This document shows, piece by piece, positions 1-13,424 of a stretch of 64,000 bases of DNA. Under the pieces are notes generated by a model. The model was not told the DNA's origin. It saw only the letters and a program-made list of their open reading frames with translations, and searched no databases. Every line of letters starts with the position of its first letter. Within the stretch, counting starts at the first letter, position 1. The DNA comes from Mytilus californianus (taxonomy: Eukaryota): contig NW_026262668.1 in the NCBI RefSeq assembly GCF_021869535.1, positions 58,962,001 through 59,026,000 of the forward strand, in the 5' to 3' direction. A program made the translations under genes and the position numbers.

Positions 1-2446
1 AGAATTGGATTTTGGAAACAAAAAGTATATCACAATTTTTCGGGAAGACATATCTCATCGACTGTTTTCTGACATTTGTTTATCCGACATTGCATGAAAG
101 CTTATTCTAAAAAACGAATGTTCGTCTAAAATAACCATTTTATACCATTATGTTTATAAATTACTGCAACGTTGTTTATAGAACTAGTAAACTAAGAAAC
201 GATCAATATGAGCTTATTGTTTCTTTAAATAACATAATATTCTTACAAGTTGTCAATTTGAAATTGTAATAAGATCTTTAAATATTATATTTTTTGGTAC
301 TTACATTGTTTTTATTTTTAGTTGTTTGATACATAATAAGTTTAATTATTAGAATTAAAAGCAAAGCCTAAACATTTGTCCTACATCCTGTCGTATATAT
401 ATTTTGGCATTCCTCCATGTCATGCTTTTCTCAGACTGCTTAGGACGTCTTTAAACTAAAAATACTGCCGGTGTACTGAATGAAATATATTTTAATCCTG
501 GAACCGATGGTTTATTTGTTAATTCAAATTTGGCATTAAAGTAACTTTAATTTCAGCGTGTACTCTTAGATCGATACTTTTGATCGTATGAGTCTTTTGT
601 TATTTGTTTTTGTGCGTAGGACCGAGACAAACTCTTTGCTACCTTTTTATCTATTTATTCTTAGGTTGTGTTTTTACATCTCTTGCCAAGGTATAAGAGA
701 CCTGTAATGCAGTAGTTGTCGTTGGTTGCTGTATGCATTATTTGTTTTCCGTTTATTTTTTCGGATATTGTGTCTTTCATTGATTTAGTATTTTGATTTG
801 TTTCACATTTTGTCATACTAGGGCCTTTGATATCTTACCATGGGTATGGGTTTTGTTTATTGTTGAAGGTCGTATGATGACCTATTATTAAGCATACCTT
901 GGTCATGTGGCCAAATTTAGTAGTGTTTATACACTTCGCTGAATCATATCAGAATGTACAGTAATTGTTATATATACTTTTTCAAAATAATGATTACTAA
1001 AATGTCTGAAAAGTGAAAGTATTTGATTGACACCAAGCAAAATGTTTGAACAGTATTGATTTTACCACAAGAAAATGCATGTAAATAAAAAATACATTTA
1101 TTTTATAAATAGACAAAAGTTTAAAAAGAAAAAAAAACAAAAACAAAAACATACATGTAATCTTCTTATTTCTATGTACTTGTCGCCTAATTAAAATATA
1201 CAGTATTCCTTGGCCTGTCAATAATCATTGTTAATATTTAAAAATGTTAATGACTGATCGTAAAGTTGTCATTGGTACATCATAGTTATTAGAAACATCT
1301 AACTTGTAAATCTACATACCATAGCATCATGCCATGTCATTTTGTCGCCATTAAAGAAATAACATGAGTCGCCCATGTGGGTCCATCTCTGAGGACATGC
1401 TGCATTTATACTGTCTGAAATTAATCAAAATATTAACTAGTCTTGTTAGATGAAAACGTTTGTCAGTTAGACCACTTTTTTAACATATGTAATTCATGCA
1501 AATACTAGGGAGCGATTCTTCACAAAACATTAAGGAAAAGGTTACCTATTAGTCCTAATATGAAAATTAAACCGAGGCTTAAACAGCGATTTTCCATTGT
1601 ATGGTATGAATAAATGTCATGTATTTCCTAATATACCAATATATAGATTGACTGTCGTTTATATAACAATACATTTCTTCAGATTATTCTAACAACTGAT
1701 AAAGTATACCGTTCTGGTTAATGCACTGTTTCGTCAAGTTTGAAAACTGGTATGGATACCAAAAAAAGAAGAACAATTTAATGGTACCGCTTTGCAATTG
1801 TTGAAAGGTTAAATGATTTTAATTGTCAGATTAAAGTCAGAAATAGCTTGATTGTACTCCTATCATGGCAGTATTGTATTGTCTTTATTGCATTGATTAC
1901 AAAGAATTACCAATATTTCCCAGTGAAATAAAAACCGATAATTTCACACGTGAAATAAATTTGACCATTTCACTCCTCTGACATCATACAACAATGTGTC
2001 TTGTCAAGCCACATGACGTTACATCAAAACAGTTGAAAATGCGTAGAAAAAGATATAGTTCCCTTCATTTTCTACTTTATTTCCATAAAAAAATGCATGG
2101 TCAATGTAATAAGAAGAAAGAGCGATTATATGAAAATTTACACCATCACATACACCAATACCTTAAAAGTTTGCAATTGTATTTCTGTGAACGGATGAAG
2201 AGAATCAAAGAGCATTGTCGAGATATCTATAAAAACATTTGACAAGTACAACAAGTAAAAACTGTACTGGGTTGAAACGTGCGTAAATCGAATGAATTGC
2301 TTTGAAATACAGTGACTGACTCTTCCTTTACATTAATTTGGTTATTAAAAGTAACGTATCTTAACCTATTTTAAGCTTGTTGATAAGAAACTACTGACAT
2401 GTTGATAAAGAACCAGGTTACTCTGTATACGTAGACGTACACAGCA

Positions 2447-5400
2447 ATGATAGCCTATACATGTTTTCTGGTAACATTTCTGTTTCTGGGTAAGGGCTTT
2501 ATTTATTTTCAGTACATTTTATATTTTGGTTTCCTAGATCACAACGCAAACTGCCATATATGTGTCAACCACAAAGCCTTATACGACTGAAAATAAGTTC
2601 TCACTAAACAGTTCGAATGATTTTGTATCAAGTTGGGCAGTTGTATATAGCATATTGTTAGATGAATATTAATTTTGCCTATGAATGAAGTTGTTGTTGT
2701 AATCTAATGTGATAAAGATTATGAACCATATAAATACTCGCCGCGATATAGCATATTTGTGTTGAGGCGGCGTAAAGCGCGTATCAATCAATCAATCAAT
2801 CAAACAAACCATATACATGATTGGACATCGACCTTTTTTAAAATCCTTTAGATCTAATGTTTAGAGAGACCAAGAAACAGTTTATCTCGCTTTATATTTG
2901 CAGACAAAAAAGCAAATAACTCTTTATCCGATACACCATATGAATAAACTCAAAGATATACTTCTTAATTCCTGTTAATGGACCAAAGATTTGTCTGTTT
3001 ACTTTTAAGCTGTGCTTCTATTATTTTTCTAATAAAAATTGTTATTTGTGTTATTACGCAATATCATATATTATTTTCAACGCTACAGACAATTTTATTT
3101 ACAAAAACATTGAAATTATAATTAACATCACACACTTTGATGTAATTTTGCGTTGATTAAAATTTATTGTTTAATATTCTTTCTGCTTCATTTTAAGTAT
3201 ACATTATGTTTTCTTAATCAATTTCTTGTTTCTACACACCTAGAATTGTTTCATTTTAATGTTTTCTTTTCGTATACATTAAAAAAATGTCACCATATAA
3301 ATAAAGGGAGATGTGTGTCAATGAGAAGCAAGCCAGTGATACAATACTAAAACTGGGTCGATGCAACTGCTAGTGGAGGTTTCCAGCCTAGTAGGCAGTA
3401 CTTCTGTGTTCACATGAATTATCAGTGACATGGTCATAATTATAAATTAATTGTTTACAACACTTTTAATTCTTCGAAATACTAAGGATTTTCTACCCGG
3501 AATAGAGTACCTTAGATGTATTTGGCAAAACATTTCGGAATTTTGGGTCCTCAATGCATTTCAACTTCTTACATATTTGGCCTTTTAAAAAAAATCTTTT
3601 CTGATTTGAGCGTCACTAATGAGTCTTTTGTAGATGAAACGCGCGTCTGGCGTACAAAATTTAATCCCGGTATCTATAATGTCATTGAGTTTATGCACAT
3701 CTAGAGGAGAATATACGGGGTTCAACAATTATCGTAGTCTACATCAACTCGAATATAGAACATTTGAAAAGGAATTCATTGATACAGACCATGAAAGAGC
3801 TACCATGAACTCAACACTCCAAGACTGTAATTTATTTTTTTCAGGCACACATGGGATACTTCCTCCAATTACAGACGAGGAATTGCGGTATTTGAATATC
3901 TTAATTCATTATCGGTAGATTAGATCTCGTGTACATTCTGTTCTAAATTAAAAAACAGCTTATCAGTCTATGAATGACTTGTAAATAGTTCAGTTAGGGA
4001 TTAGGTACTCACATATTACTTACAAACTTGACTAAACTATTTTATAGAAATACAGATTTGATTTATTGTAGATCTTAAAAAGCTTACTATACGATGTGGG
4101 CTTTGTTCGTTGTTGATAGACCGTGCGGTGCTCTGTAGTTGTCCTTGTGTCTTTTAGTGGATAGACATCTCATTGGAATGGGCAATCATACCACCACTCC
4201 TAATATAATTTATAGTTCCTCTTTTATCGACTTAAAAATACCATATAAATTTATTGCAATCATATGTTTTGGTGATTAAAGTGATAACTTAGATAAAAGT
4301 TAGCATATTATTAATTGGTAAAATGAACATGATAATGGCGGAACTGAAAAAAAAATCCATATAAAAACAATTCATGAGTGACAAATAAAATCCTATAGAA
4401 GAGACAATTTAAACATGAATTTAAGTACACAAGTAATCAGTATAAAAGATGTCTTCAGCAATTTGGATTGAAATGGATATTTGTGAAAAATGTATTAAGT
4501 TTTATTCACAAGGGTTAAGTATGTTTGTGTTATTCTTCTTTGTTAAAAAAATATAAGCTATTGTCACCAACGAGTTATCGTGAAAATTGACAAGGTGTAT
4601 TGACATTGCATTAAAACAAAAAAGGAAAAAAAAAACATGACCTTGATCAAACAAGAAATGATTGTAACAGGATGCTGTTACGAAGTCTCCCAAACGAAGC
4701 TCCCATAATTCGTAATTCCCAGGGTCGCCTGACATTGGGCAAAGTCCAGTGAAAATTGATTTGGCCCAGTAAAGTTATATGCATTAGTGATGCCTGGGGA
4801 CTAACCCTGTATATCATTCAAATCATCTTGGCATGACAAACCAGAATATATATGGTTTAGGGGTGGGGATCTCGACCATTTACAAGATATTAGAACTTTC
4901 TCAAATGGCAGGGGGTCGGGATAACCCCTGGGAACTAACCATGTATATCATTCAAACCATCTTAGCATGACAAACCAGAATATATATGGTTTAGGGGTGG
5001 GGATCTTGACCACTTACAAGATATTAGAACTTTCTTAAATGGCATAGGGTGGGGGTGACCCCTGGGGACTAACCCTGTATTTCATTTGATTTGCTTTATC
5101 ATGACAAACCAGAATATATATGGTTTAGGGGTGGGGATCTCGACCATTTACAAGATATTAGAACTTTCTCAAATGGCAGGGGGTCGGGATGACCCCTGGG
5201 AACTAACCCTGTATATCATTCAAACCATCTTAGCATGACAAACCAGAATATATATGGTTTAGGGGTGGGGATCTTGACCACTTACAAGATATTAGAACTT
5301 TCTTAAATGGCATAGGGTGGGGGTGACCCCTAGGGACTAACCCTGTATTTCATTTGATTTGCTTTATCATGACAAACCGGAATATATATGGTTTAGGGGT

Positions 5401-6333
5401 GGGGATCTCGACCATTTACAAGATATAAGAACTTTCTCAAATGGCAGGGGGTCGGGATGACTCCTGGGGACTAACCCTGTATATCATTCAAACCATCTTA
5501 GCATGACAAACCAGAATATATATGGTTTAGGGGTGGGGATCTTGACCACTTACAAGATATTAGAACTTTCTTAAATGGCATGGGGTGGGGGTGACCCCTG
5601 GGGACTAACCCTGTATTTCATTTCATGTGCTTTATCATGACAAACCAGAATATATATAGTTTAGAGGTGGGGATCTCGACCATTTACAAGATATTAGAAC
5701 TTTCTCAAATGGCAGGGGGTCGGGACGACCCCTGGGGACTAACCCTGTATATCATTCAAACCATCTTAGCATGACAAACCAGAATATATATGGTTTAGGG
5801 GTGGGGATCTCGACCATTTACAAGATATTAGAACTTTCTCAAATGGCAGGGGGTCGGGATGACCCCTGGGGACTAACCCTGTATATCATTCAAACCATCT
5901 TAGCATGACAAACCAGAATATATATGGTTTAGGGGTGGGGATCTTGACCACTTACAAGGTATTAGAACTTTCTTAAATGGCAGGGGGAGGGGGTGACCCC
6001 TGGGGGCTAACCCTGTATTTCATTTAATGGGTTTTATCATTTAGAACATTTTCAATTAAAAAGATTGTGTCTATCACAAACGGTTTTCAATTTATAATCG
6101 TTTGAAAATTTTAAAAAATAAAATCCCATAGGGTTCTATAGTAAAACCCTCTTTTCTTTTTGCCCCTCAAAGGACCCCTTTATAAACCCCATTGCACAAA
6201 CAAAACCCTGATTGCACCACTAGACATGTTAGTCTAACATATTGTGAAACCCTAAGTTAATCTGACAAGCGGTTTTGGAGAACGGGTGCGGACAAGTTCA
6301 AATTTAAAAGCGGCGGAAGAGGAAGAGGAAGAG

Positions 6334-6366
<33 letters not shown>

Positions 6367-9300
6367 GAACTGAGCAAAAACAATAAGTCTTCCCAAACTT
6401 CGTTTGGGAGACTTAATTAGCCACTTTACAAAGGCAATATATGATTGAATAGAAAACTCGATAATGAGTTATAAACTACATGTTAGTACAAAAATTGACA
6501 CAAGCATTGGATGCCAAAAAAAAAAAAAAAAAACAGCCATAAGAAGGAGATATAAATGTAGGGCCTAAGGTAAGAAGACAGCAACCCAACGACACAAAAA
6601 CAAAAGGACATATAGAACACAACATGCTTTCAGTAACAATAAAAAAGTGTATATACAATTTACCATTCTCTATACCTCTCCCTCGAGTCTAAAAAAAACA
6701 AATAACTTTAACAGACCGAGATTATCAATGATCTGCCATCAACAAATGATTTCCTAAATAACTGACACACAAAAATACTCAATGCATAACACTGACGAGG
6801 TTTCTGACTTGGGACAGGCAAAAACGGTGAGCGTACGATGACCTCTTCAAATGAATTTGTTTACGTCCTCGTACGCGTCATTCAGTCTCTGGTAGAATGC
6901 TGTCTTATTTGCAATTATATTACATCTTCTTATTTTTACATGAACATAAGATAGGGTTAAACTATTTTTTTTTAAGATTGATCGGAGGCTGTCTTAATCT
7001 ACAGTGACAAGTATCTTATGCATATTCATCACAAACCCATCAAAGATTTATTACAATGACTCTTTAACGTGCAGATAGAATGTCACTCTCCCACTTGAAA
7101 AATCAGATTTAACGTACACATTTCGATCGGACATAAGGCAATTATACTTCTTTATTGTAAAATTAAACTTTATTTCATTTTCAGAGAAATTTCAGATGGA
7201 AAAGTAGAACTGAAGCCTTACTTGCCCCCGAAGCCGTTATTCTTACATGGTTTTCGTGCAGGTTTTAAACATTTATATGTGGACAGTAGTGGACGAGCTC
7301 ATTCATCTCATACTAGCTCACCAACCATTACTATTGCTGCTACTCAAGCTGTTGGATCTTTAGCATTCCATAAGGTACAAACTACACTACAAAAATATAT
7401 AAAGATCATAAAATATATATTTAACATAACCTTTAATGAAGAAAACAATGGGATCATAGTCCTGTTTGTAAATTAAATGAGAAAAAATGAGAATCTTCCA
7501 ATTGTGAAAAAAATTACCTTATCGTATACATGTCTGTTATCTCAGAAAGTCATTCTTATGATTTTTAACAATCATAGTTGATTACACAAGATAACTTTTT
7601 TGTAACTATGGAGTTACATACCTCATGCAAAGAGAGTTGTGAATGTTTTGACACATTGTAAAATGTTATATTTAAAAAGCAAAAACTTTTGTTGTGCCAA
7701 AAAGTGTTTCTATGTTTCAATTACATTTCTTTAAATAATTTCTACATTCAAAATGTTTACAGTGTAAATACTGCATATAAATAAAGATACATATTTGCTG
7801 TCTATATGATTATTACAAAGTTGAATTGTAATTAATGCATAAGCCATAATTTCACATCAATGTAAAATAGGGATTTTTAATGGCTAGCAAACTTAAAAGG
7901 TCCAATTTTACTGTTCATTCTATCATTCTAAAATTATTTCAATCTTTTTACAGAAAACTTAGATCCTTTTATTTACACATAAAAGATTCAATGACATATA
8001 CTTTGAGCCGATAGTCCACCAGCTAGGTCCAATATATTTGCATAATTGATCACTTTAAGGTAAAAGCATTAAACTTAGCACAGTAGAAGTTATGATGCTT
8101 ACGAACATTTTTTGATATGGAGCCACGAAAAATATTCAATATGGCCGCCAAATTAAAGATTATATCTATAAATAGTGCTTTCTAAACTTTAAGAGGGTGC
8201 TTATCTAATATAATGTATGATCGCCCTTATTTAAATAGTCATTACATTGGGTCGTATCAACTTAACACTGAAATTATTCCTGTATTAAGAAAAGGTATAT
8301 AAATAATATATGTTCACTATTTTAGTTTTTAGTTTTATGTCTTATTTTTGGTACAGGTGGAAGATATTTTCAACAGAATATGAAAATATTTTAACTTGAA
8401 GTAATGGTTATTTTATTTTTTTTCTCGTAATTTAATCCATAAAGTTTATTTTAGCTTAAAGTATTTTTAAATTAGATATTTTAGATTGTCCTTTGCAAAA
8501 TTTGAAACTAGTCCAGTATTTTTGTAAAGTAAGATAATACTTTAACTTCGGGATTTATCAGATATGATCTATTCCCCTTTTATGCTAAAGAGATATTGAG
8601 ACATATAAATAAGGATAACTCTATAAAAGTGGACAGATTACATTTGATTATCTCATAATTAAAAACTTAATTTGAACATATTCTAAATAAAAGTAAATTT
8701 CACTGAATGTTTTCATTGTTTTCATTGTTTTCTCAATGCTATTCAACTTTGGTGGAGTGATTTTAACCACAAAATAATTTTTTTAATGCACCCACCTAAC
8801 GCGCGGCTAATAAATTTTCGAATTATATATTACAATGTGTACATCGTGGAAACTAATAGAAACTGTGCCTTTTGTGATGATGTTTAACGAGTTTGTCAAA
8901 CATGGGTGCATTATAACGTTAAATTTAATGACAAACGAAGCTGAAATGTTTCGTTCTGAAATGTTAACCTCTGATTAAGTAAATAAAAACGAGAAAAAAA
9001 AATCTTGGCTTTTATAAAATGATATTAAAATTTCATTTCGTCCACCTTCGATTCTTTCTCGTCAATTGTCAAGAGTTTTTTTTCGTGGCTCCATATCCAA
9101 AAATGTTCTTTAGCATCATAACTTACATTGTGCAAAGTTTCATGCTTTTTGCCTTATAGTTATCAATTATGCAAATATATTGGACTTAGCTGCTGGACTA
9201 TTAGCTTAAAGTATATGTCATTGAATTTTTATGTGTTAATAAAAGGATTTAGTTTAGATATTTTAATGCGATTGAAAGAGTGAAACACTTACTGCGTGAA

Positions 9301-12300
9301 GTAACAGTAAACATATATTTCTTCTTTAATCATAGGCAGCCACAATAATTGGACTAATGACCCGACACATGTCATCTTCAGTTTTTACAAGTGTAGCATC
9401 AAAAGGGCATGGCGTCGGTGTATTTACTGATCCAGAGAAAATTACGGTGTTTCCTGAATTTAATTACCTGAAGTCTCCCGCTGGATGTAGTAAGTTTGTA
9501 TCCATCATGGATATACAATATATACATTGTGATTTTCCGTTACATATTGTAATCAATTCGAATACTTAAAATCTAAATTGAACTGTTGAAATATGTTGTA
9601 TTGTATAAGCTTTTCAATATTTAAATTACAGCGATTTTGGAGAACTTTCTGCTTTTGGCCCTGGACAGGGGAAATTTACTCTAGTTCTTGTAGGAAAACA
9701 TAAAGCAAATCCGAGCATCTTTTGTAGTATATCATATGTTAAAGTTTACAACTTAAGTTAATTTTGGAAAACAATTATTCAAAGCTGTTGAATTTTTACC
9801 TTAAAACACGCTGTTTACTTACTGGTAGGTAGTACTGGTTTGAAACAAGAAAGAGCTTAGAATTCTTATTTTGACCGCGGTTAATTTATCAGTACTATTA
9901 ATGATCAAGTTCTTTCAATGTATTACAGGTTTATAGTTACACTGTTACACAAATAAGCAACTTCGATTATAAAGCTTGAAATATTTCTTAACCAAATAAA
10001 GCATGGAAATTGGCTTGAAATAATATTGGAAGACCTTAACTCATGATTAATATTATCAGTTTTGTATACAATTTTGAATACTAGTAGCTTGTTTTGGTAT
10101 AATTTGATTACTTTATCTGTCTTGTGGCACTACCGACCTATAATGTTATGATTTCTATCGTCTATTTAGTCGCTTGTTCTTTTTTCTTGTCATTGTTTTT
10201 TTTTTTATTTTGCTGGGTACAGTGTGCTATAACGTCCTTATGAAAAGTTTGGCATTCATTGGAATTTTCTTAATTTAAGGTCTTGAAATGATGAGTTGCC
10301 TTTTTCATTATTTCTTCTTTGTACTTTTAGTTTTGTGTGTACATTGTTCTAGTTATTTGTAGAGCTGAACAAATCCATTGTCTAAGAAAAGTTTGCATTC
10401 TGTTTGAAGTAGTTTATCCTTTTTAACTGCTACATTGTATTTAAAACTATTAAAACAATCTTCATTTTTATATTGAAGGTCACTCGTGTTCTGGTTCCGT
10501 TTGTTCAAAATCGTGTTACAGTGACGGAAGAAAATACGAAGATATGCACGGTCTTACAAACAGTATATCGGGTATTGTTGACGATAACATTTTGTGCAAT
10601 TCACACGACCCACATCACGGTCTAGAGAATATTTTGGTGCACGAATTTGCACATCAAGTATATAACTACATGCCATCAAGTGATAGAAACAAGGTAATAC
10701 TATATGTTATTAAATGATATGAGCAAATCAGCCCTAATACGGATAAATCAGCATGTGCAATACTGATGACGTTGCCCTGTTAATATAAAGCATGAGTTGA
10801 TATTGCTTTTCAGACCGGTCCAATACGGGAAAAGCCGTATTGGCCCATGGGCTAATACGGGACGTTCACTTCCGGTTTCATTTATTTAGCAGTATTGGTC
10901 CATGGGATAATACGAGACGTTCACTTCCGGTTTTATTTTTTTACGCCTTACTTAACTTTGGACGTATTGTTATTCATAAGATACATTTTCATATTATGTA
11001 ATTTTGAATTACATTAAAAAAAAGTTTAAATAATGTTCCGTGTTTTGTAACGATCTGAAACGGCCTTTTGGAGAAAAACTTTCGATTATTATCACTGTTT
11101 AATTTCCGTTGATTAATCATCAGAACGCAGATGATTCAAGAGTAAGAATGGGTAAACTGTCTAAATTATTATTTCTAGCTTCTTTATACTTTCTAGATAA
11201 AATGAATTGAAATAACAAATATTAAGTACTTGGACGAGAAATCGGAAATTTCATAATGTATCGTAATAGCGAAAAGACAAGTTCAGATATGAATTCCTAT
11301 ATTTTTTTCCGGTAAGTTTCTTGGTTTAATCGAAGAATTTAATGACATCATTTAATAAAAGTGTTATGAACTGGCTGTTTCTGTATTGACCCTGTTATAG
11401 ATTCTCGATCAGCTGTATTGGCCCTCGACTCTACGAGTCTCGTGGCCAATACTGCTAACCTCGAATCTATAACAGGGCCAATACAGAAACAGTCATTTAA
11501 TAACACTATATTATAGGTTTCAGTATATAATATACATGTATATCGTATTTAAAAATAATAAGATAACAATGCATTTATGATGCAAGATTGGAAACATCAT
11601 ACCAGACTGGCTTAAACTTGTTTCCTTGCAAAACAATTCTTTTACGAAAGTTATCAGTAAACTAAACACTGAGCTAAAATTAAGTGAAATAAGATATGGA
11701 TCGTTATTGCGACCTTATGGGGATCTTTGGTAGGTGATTTTTCCAGGATACGGTCACATACTTTTATATCAAACTTACTCGTAAAAGACAATTTTCCTGG
11801 AATAATCTGCAAAAGGTACAAATGAACACATGAGAACAAATTAAAGTAGAAGAAGCCAAAATTTTTGATCGCTTAAAACGAAAAGGGCTAACACAGAACG
11901 ATAAAACTACCCTTATAAGGTCAACATAGTTATGACCTATTAAGTTATAGTACAATACATTTTATATTAACCTAACTGAAAACTAAGAGACATAAAATAT
12001 TATTTAAGTCATATCAGTATAGAAGCGTTGATTTCTGTGTTGACACTCAAGTAAGAGGTGGTCGGCCAGCAGCGGTGCCGACTAAGGGGTAGAAATAAAA
12101 CACGTGTTTTTGGCATAACCTTCATCCGTTATGCTCAAAACTAATATTTTAGAAGAAGAAAAATGAAATGTTGAACAATATATCAATCAGTAAATATATA
12201 AACATGTATAACGTAAGTATCAAAATCAGAATATTATTTATGATTGAAGGTTTTTATTATTAATATTTCTGTAGGTGAAATATATCTATAATCAAGACAA

Positions 12301-13169
12301 GCAACATCATACATGGCATGACCATACTTATGCTACCTCAAATTCAAGAGAGTTTTGGGCAGAAGCTTCTGCAAGTTTCTTTCGTGTATCCATACGACCA
12401 AGGACGACAAGTGCAACTGGTGGATTGAATATGTAAATTCTCAATTTAATTATTGTTTATATTTGCTCATATGGCCCACCATCATCTCCCAAACTTTCCA
12501 CATTTATTTTATGAATCGAATTTTACACTGTAACGCTAAACGGATTATTAACATTATATTCCTTACTTGTGTATGTCAACTTCTTTCTGGCTACTGTTAA
12601 TGTAACTCTTTAAAACCGGTGTTAGTGTGAAAACATATGTGAATCAATAAGAAATATTACGAAAGTATAAACATAAAGTGTTAACCTGGATAAATTATAA
12701 TTGTAAACTGTTTAATTAACAGTATAGCTCTTCTTATTACTTTCAATACTAATAATCGCAATAATTGTTACATGTACACCTTAAATCTTGGCGTGGCTTT
12801 TTGTAAAAGGTTAAGCTATTGAGAAAATTATATCTTGATAAAACAGTACATAGCTGTAATGTGGATATCGATGCTCATTTCATGGTAAAAGTCAATTTTA
12901 TACGCATATTTTCATTGAAATATCATTGCCATATCAGAATTATGTGTTGTTTTTGCATATTCAAGTTCAAAGGTTATTTCTAATATGATTTAAATTTTCT
13001 TTAATCAAGCTGTTTCTTTTTTAGCTGCGATTTTAACCATGTATGTAGAACCGAGCAGGAAAACAGGGAATGGATTAAAAAGCATGACCCAACTTTATAC
13101 AACTTATTAGCAAAAATTTACACGAACAATCGACCTTCAGTTCTCAGTGGATTAAAAGTGTGTCAATAA
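2447..13169 (+). CDS. Secreted zinc metallopeptidase-like protein (HEXXH...E; anthrax lethal factor / Pro-Pro endopeptidase-like), 7 coding exons, 315 aa
   Basis: Manually assembled exons 2447-2489, 3845-3887, 7185-7374, 9336-9489, 10479-10693, 12275-12432, 13025-13169. All introns are GT-AG, phases 1,2,0,1,0,2 join in frame, total 948 nt with no internal stop. N-terminus MIAYTCFLVTFLFLGTHG looks like a signal peptide. Motifs: ENILVHEFAH (HEFAH at 10640-10654), YATSNSREFWAEAS, C-terminal HDPTLYNLL. The TAA stop overlaps an AATAAA (13165-13170). Confidence 0.9.
3340..3680 (+). mobile_element. Retrozyme-like repeat monomer (~350 bp) ending in a mutated type I hammerhead
   Basis: Shares the CTGGGTCGATGC..CTGCT.GTGGA block with other copies in the window (17340-17390, 19150-19220, 57140-57200). 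It ends in GTCA-CTAATGA-GTCT-TTTGT-AGAT-GAAA-C-GCGC-G-TC-TGGC (3611-3653). Confidence 0.7.
4649..6416 (-). mobile_element. Non-autonomous Helentron-associated element (HINE/DINE-1-like) carrying an internal satellite
   Basis: Perfect 17-bp subterminal inverted repeats AAGTCTCCCAAACGAAG (4683-4699) and CTTCGTTTGGGAGACTT (6398-6414). The right copy is part of a hairpin. There is a terminal stem-loop GTAACAG-GATG-CTGTTAC (4664-4681), a (GAGGAA)n/(AAT)n microsatellite near 6315-6366 and an internal tandem array. This order matches HINE architecture read on the minus strand. Confidence 0.8.
4790..6040. repeat. 134-bp tandem satellite, 9 full copies plus a partial, two alternating variants
   Basis: The CTAACC anchor recurs at 4801, 4935, 5069, 5203, 5337, 5471, 5605, 5739, 5873 and 6007, an exact 134-bp period. 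Confidence 0.95.
8012..9200. mobile_element. MITE with long (~130 bp) terminal inverted repeats, TAG...CTA ends
   Basis: The left end TAGTCCACCAGCTAGGTCCAATATATTTGCATAATTGAT... matches the reverse complement of the right end ...ATCAATTATGCAAATATATTGGACTTAGCTGCTGGACTA. Homology continues to GATATGGAGCCACGAAAAA. It lies in intron 3 of the metallopeptidase gene. Confidence 0.8.
10700..11506 (+). mobile_element. Non-autonomous element ending in a 146-bp palindrome
   Basis: The left end TTATTAAATGA is the inverted repeat of TCATTTAATAA, which occurs just before and near the end of the palindrome at 11361-11506. There is an internal duplication of GTATTGG.CCATGGG.TAATACG.GACGTTCACTTCCGGTTT. Confidence 0.6.
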
Positions 13170-13424
13170 AAATTAAAAGGGTCACAGATATTTTTACTGA
13201 AATTTGTAAGACTTATAAGCTAAGAACTAATACATTCAGAAGTTTATACATGGCTGTACAACATTACCAAAGATTTGGTGTATAGATATTTCAACAGACA
13301 GTCGGTCATCCAATTGGTACTTATTGTGCATCTCTACTGGCCTAATTATTTTTTTATTCATATGAAGCATGCATAACCTTCTCAAAGACAAAAAGAAAAA
13401 AAGCATCAAGCAAAGTTCATTAAT

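Noticed and set aside
2538-2590. Alternative exon 2 of the metallopeptidase after CCTAG
   Set aside because: It reaches TGA in frame with no convincing donor, whereas 3845-3887 gives the required phase 1-to-2 link.
4790-6040. Telomere-like or G-quadruplex function of the 134-bp satellite (GGTTTAGGGGTGGGG)
   Set aside because: There is only one TTAGGG-like word per monomer, the G-runs are split by a ~45-nt gap, and they compete with an adjacent CCCC. Not enough to claim.
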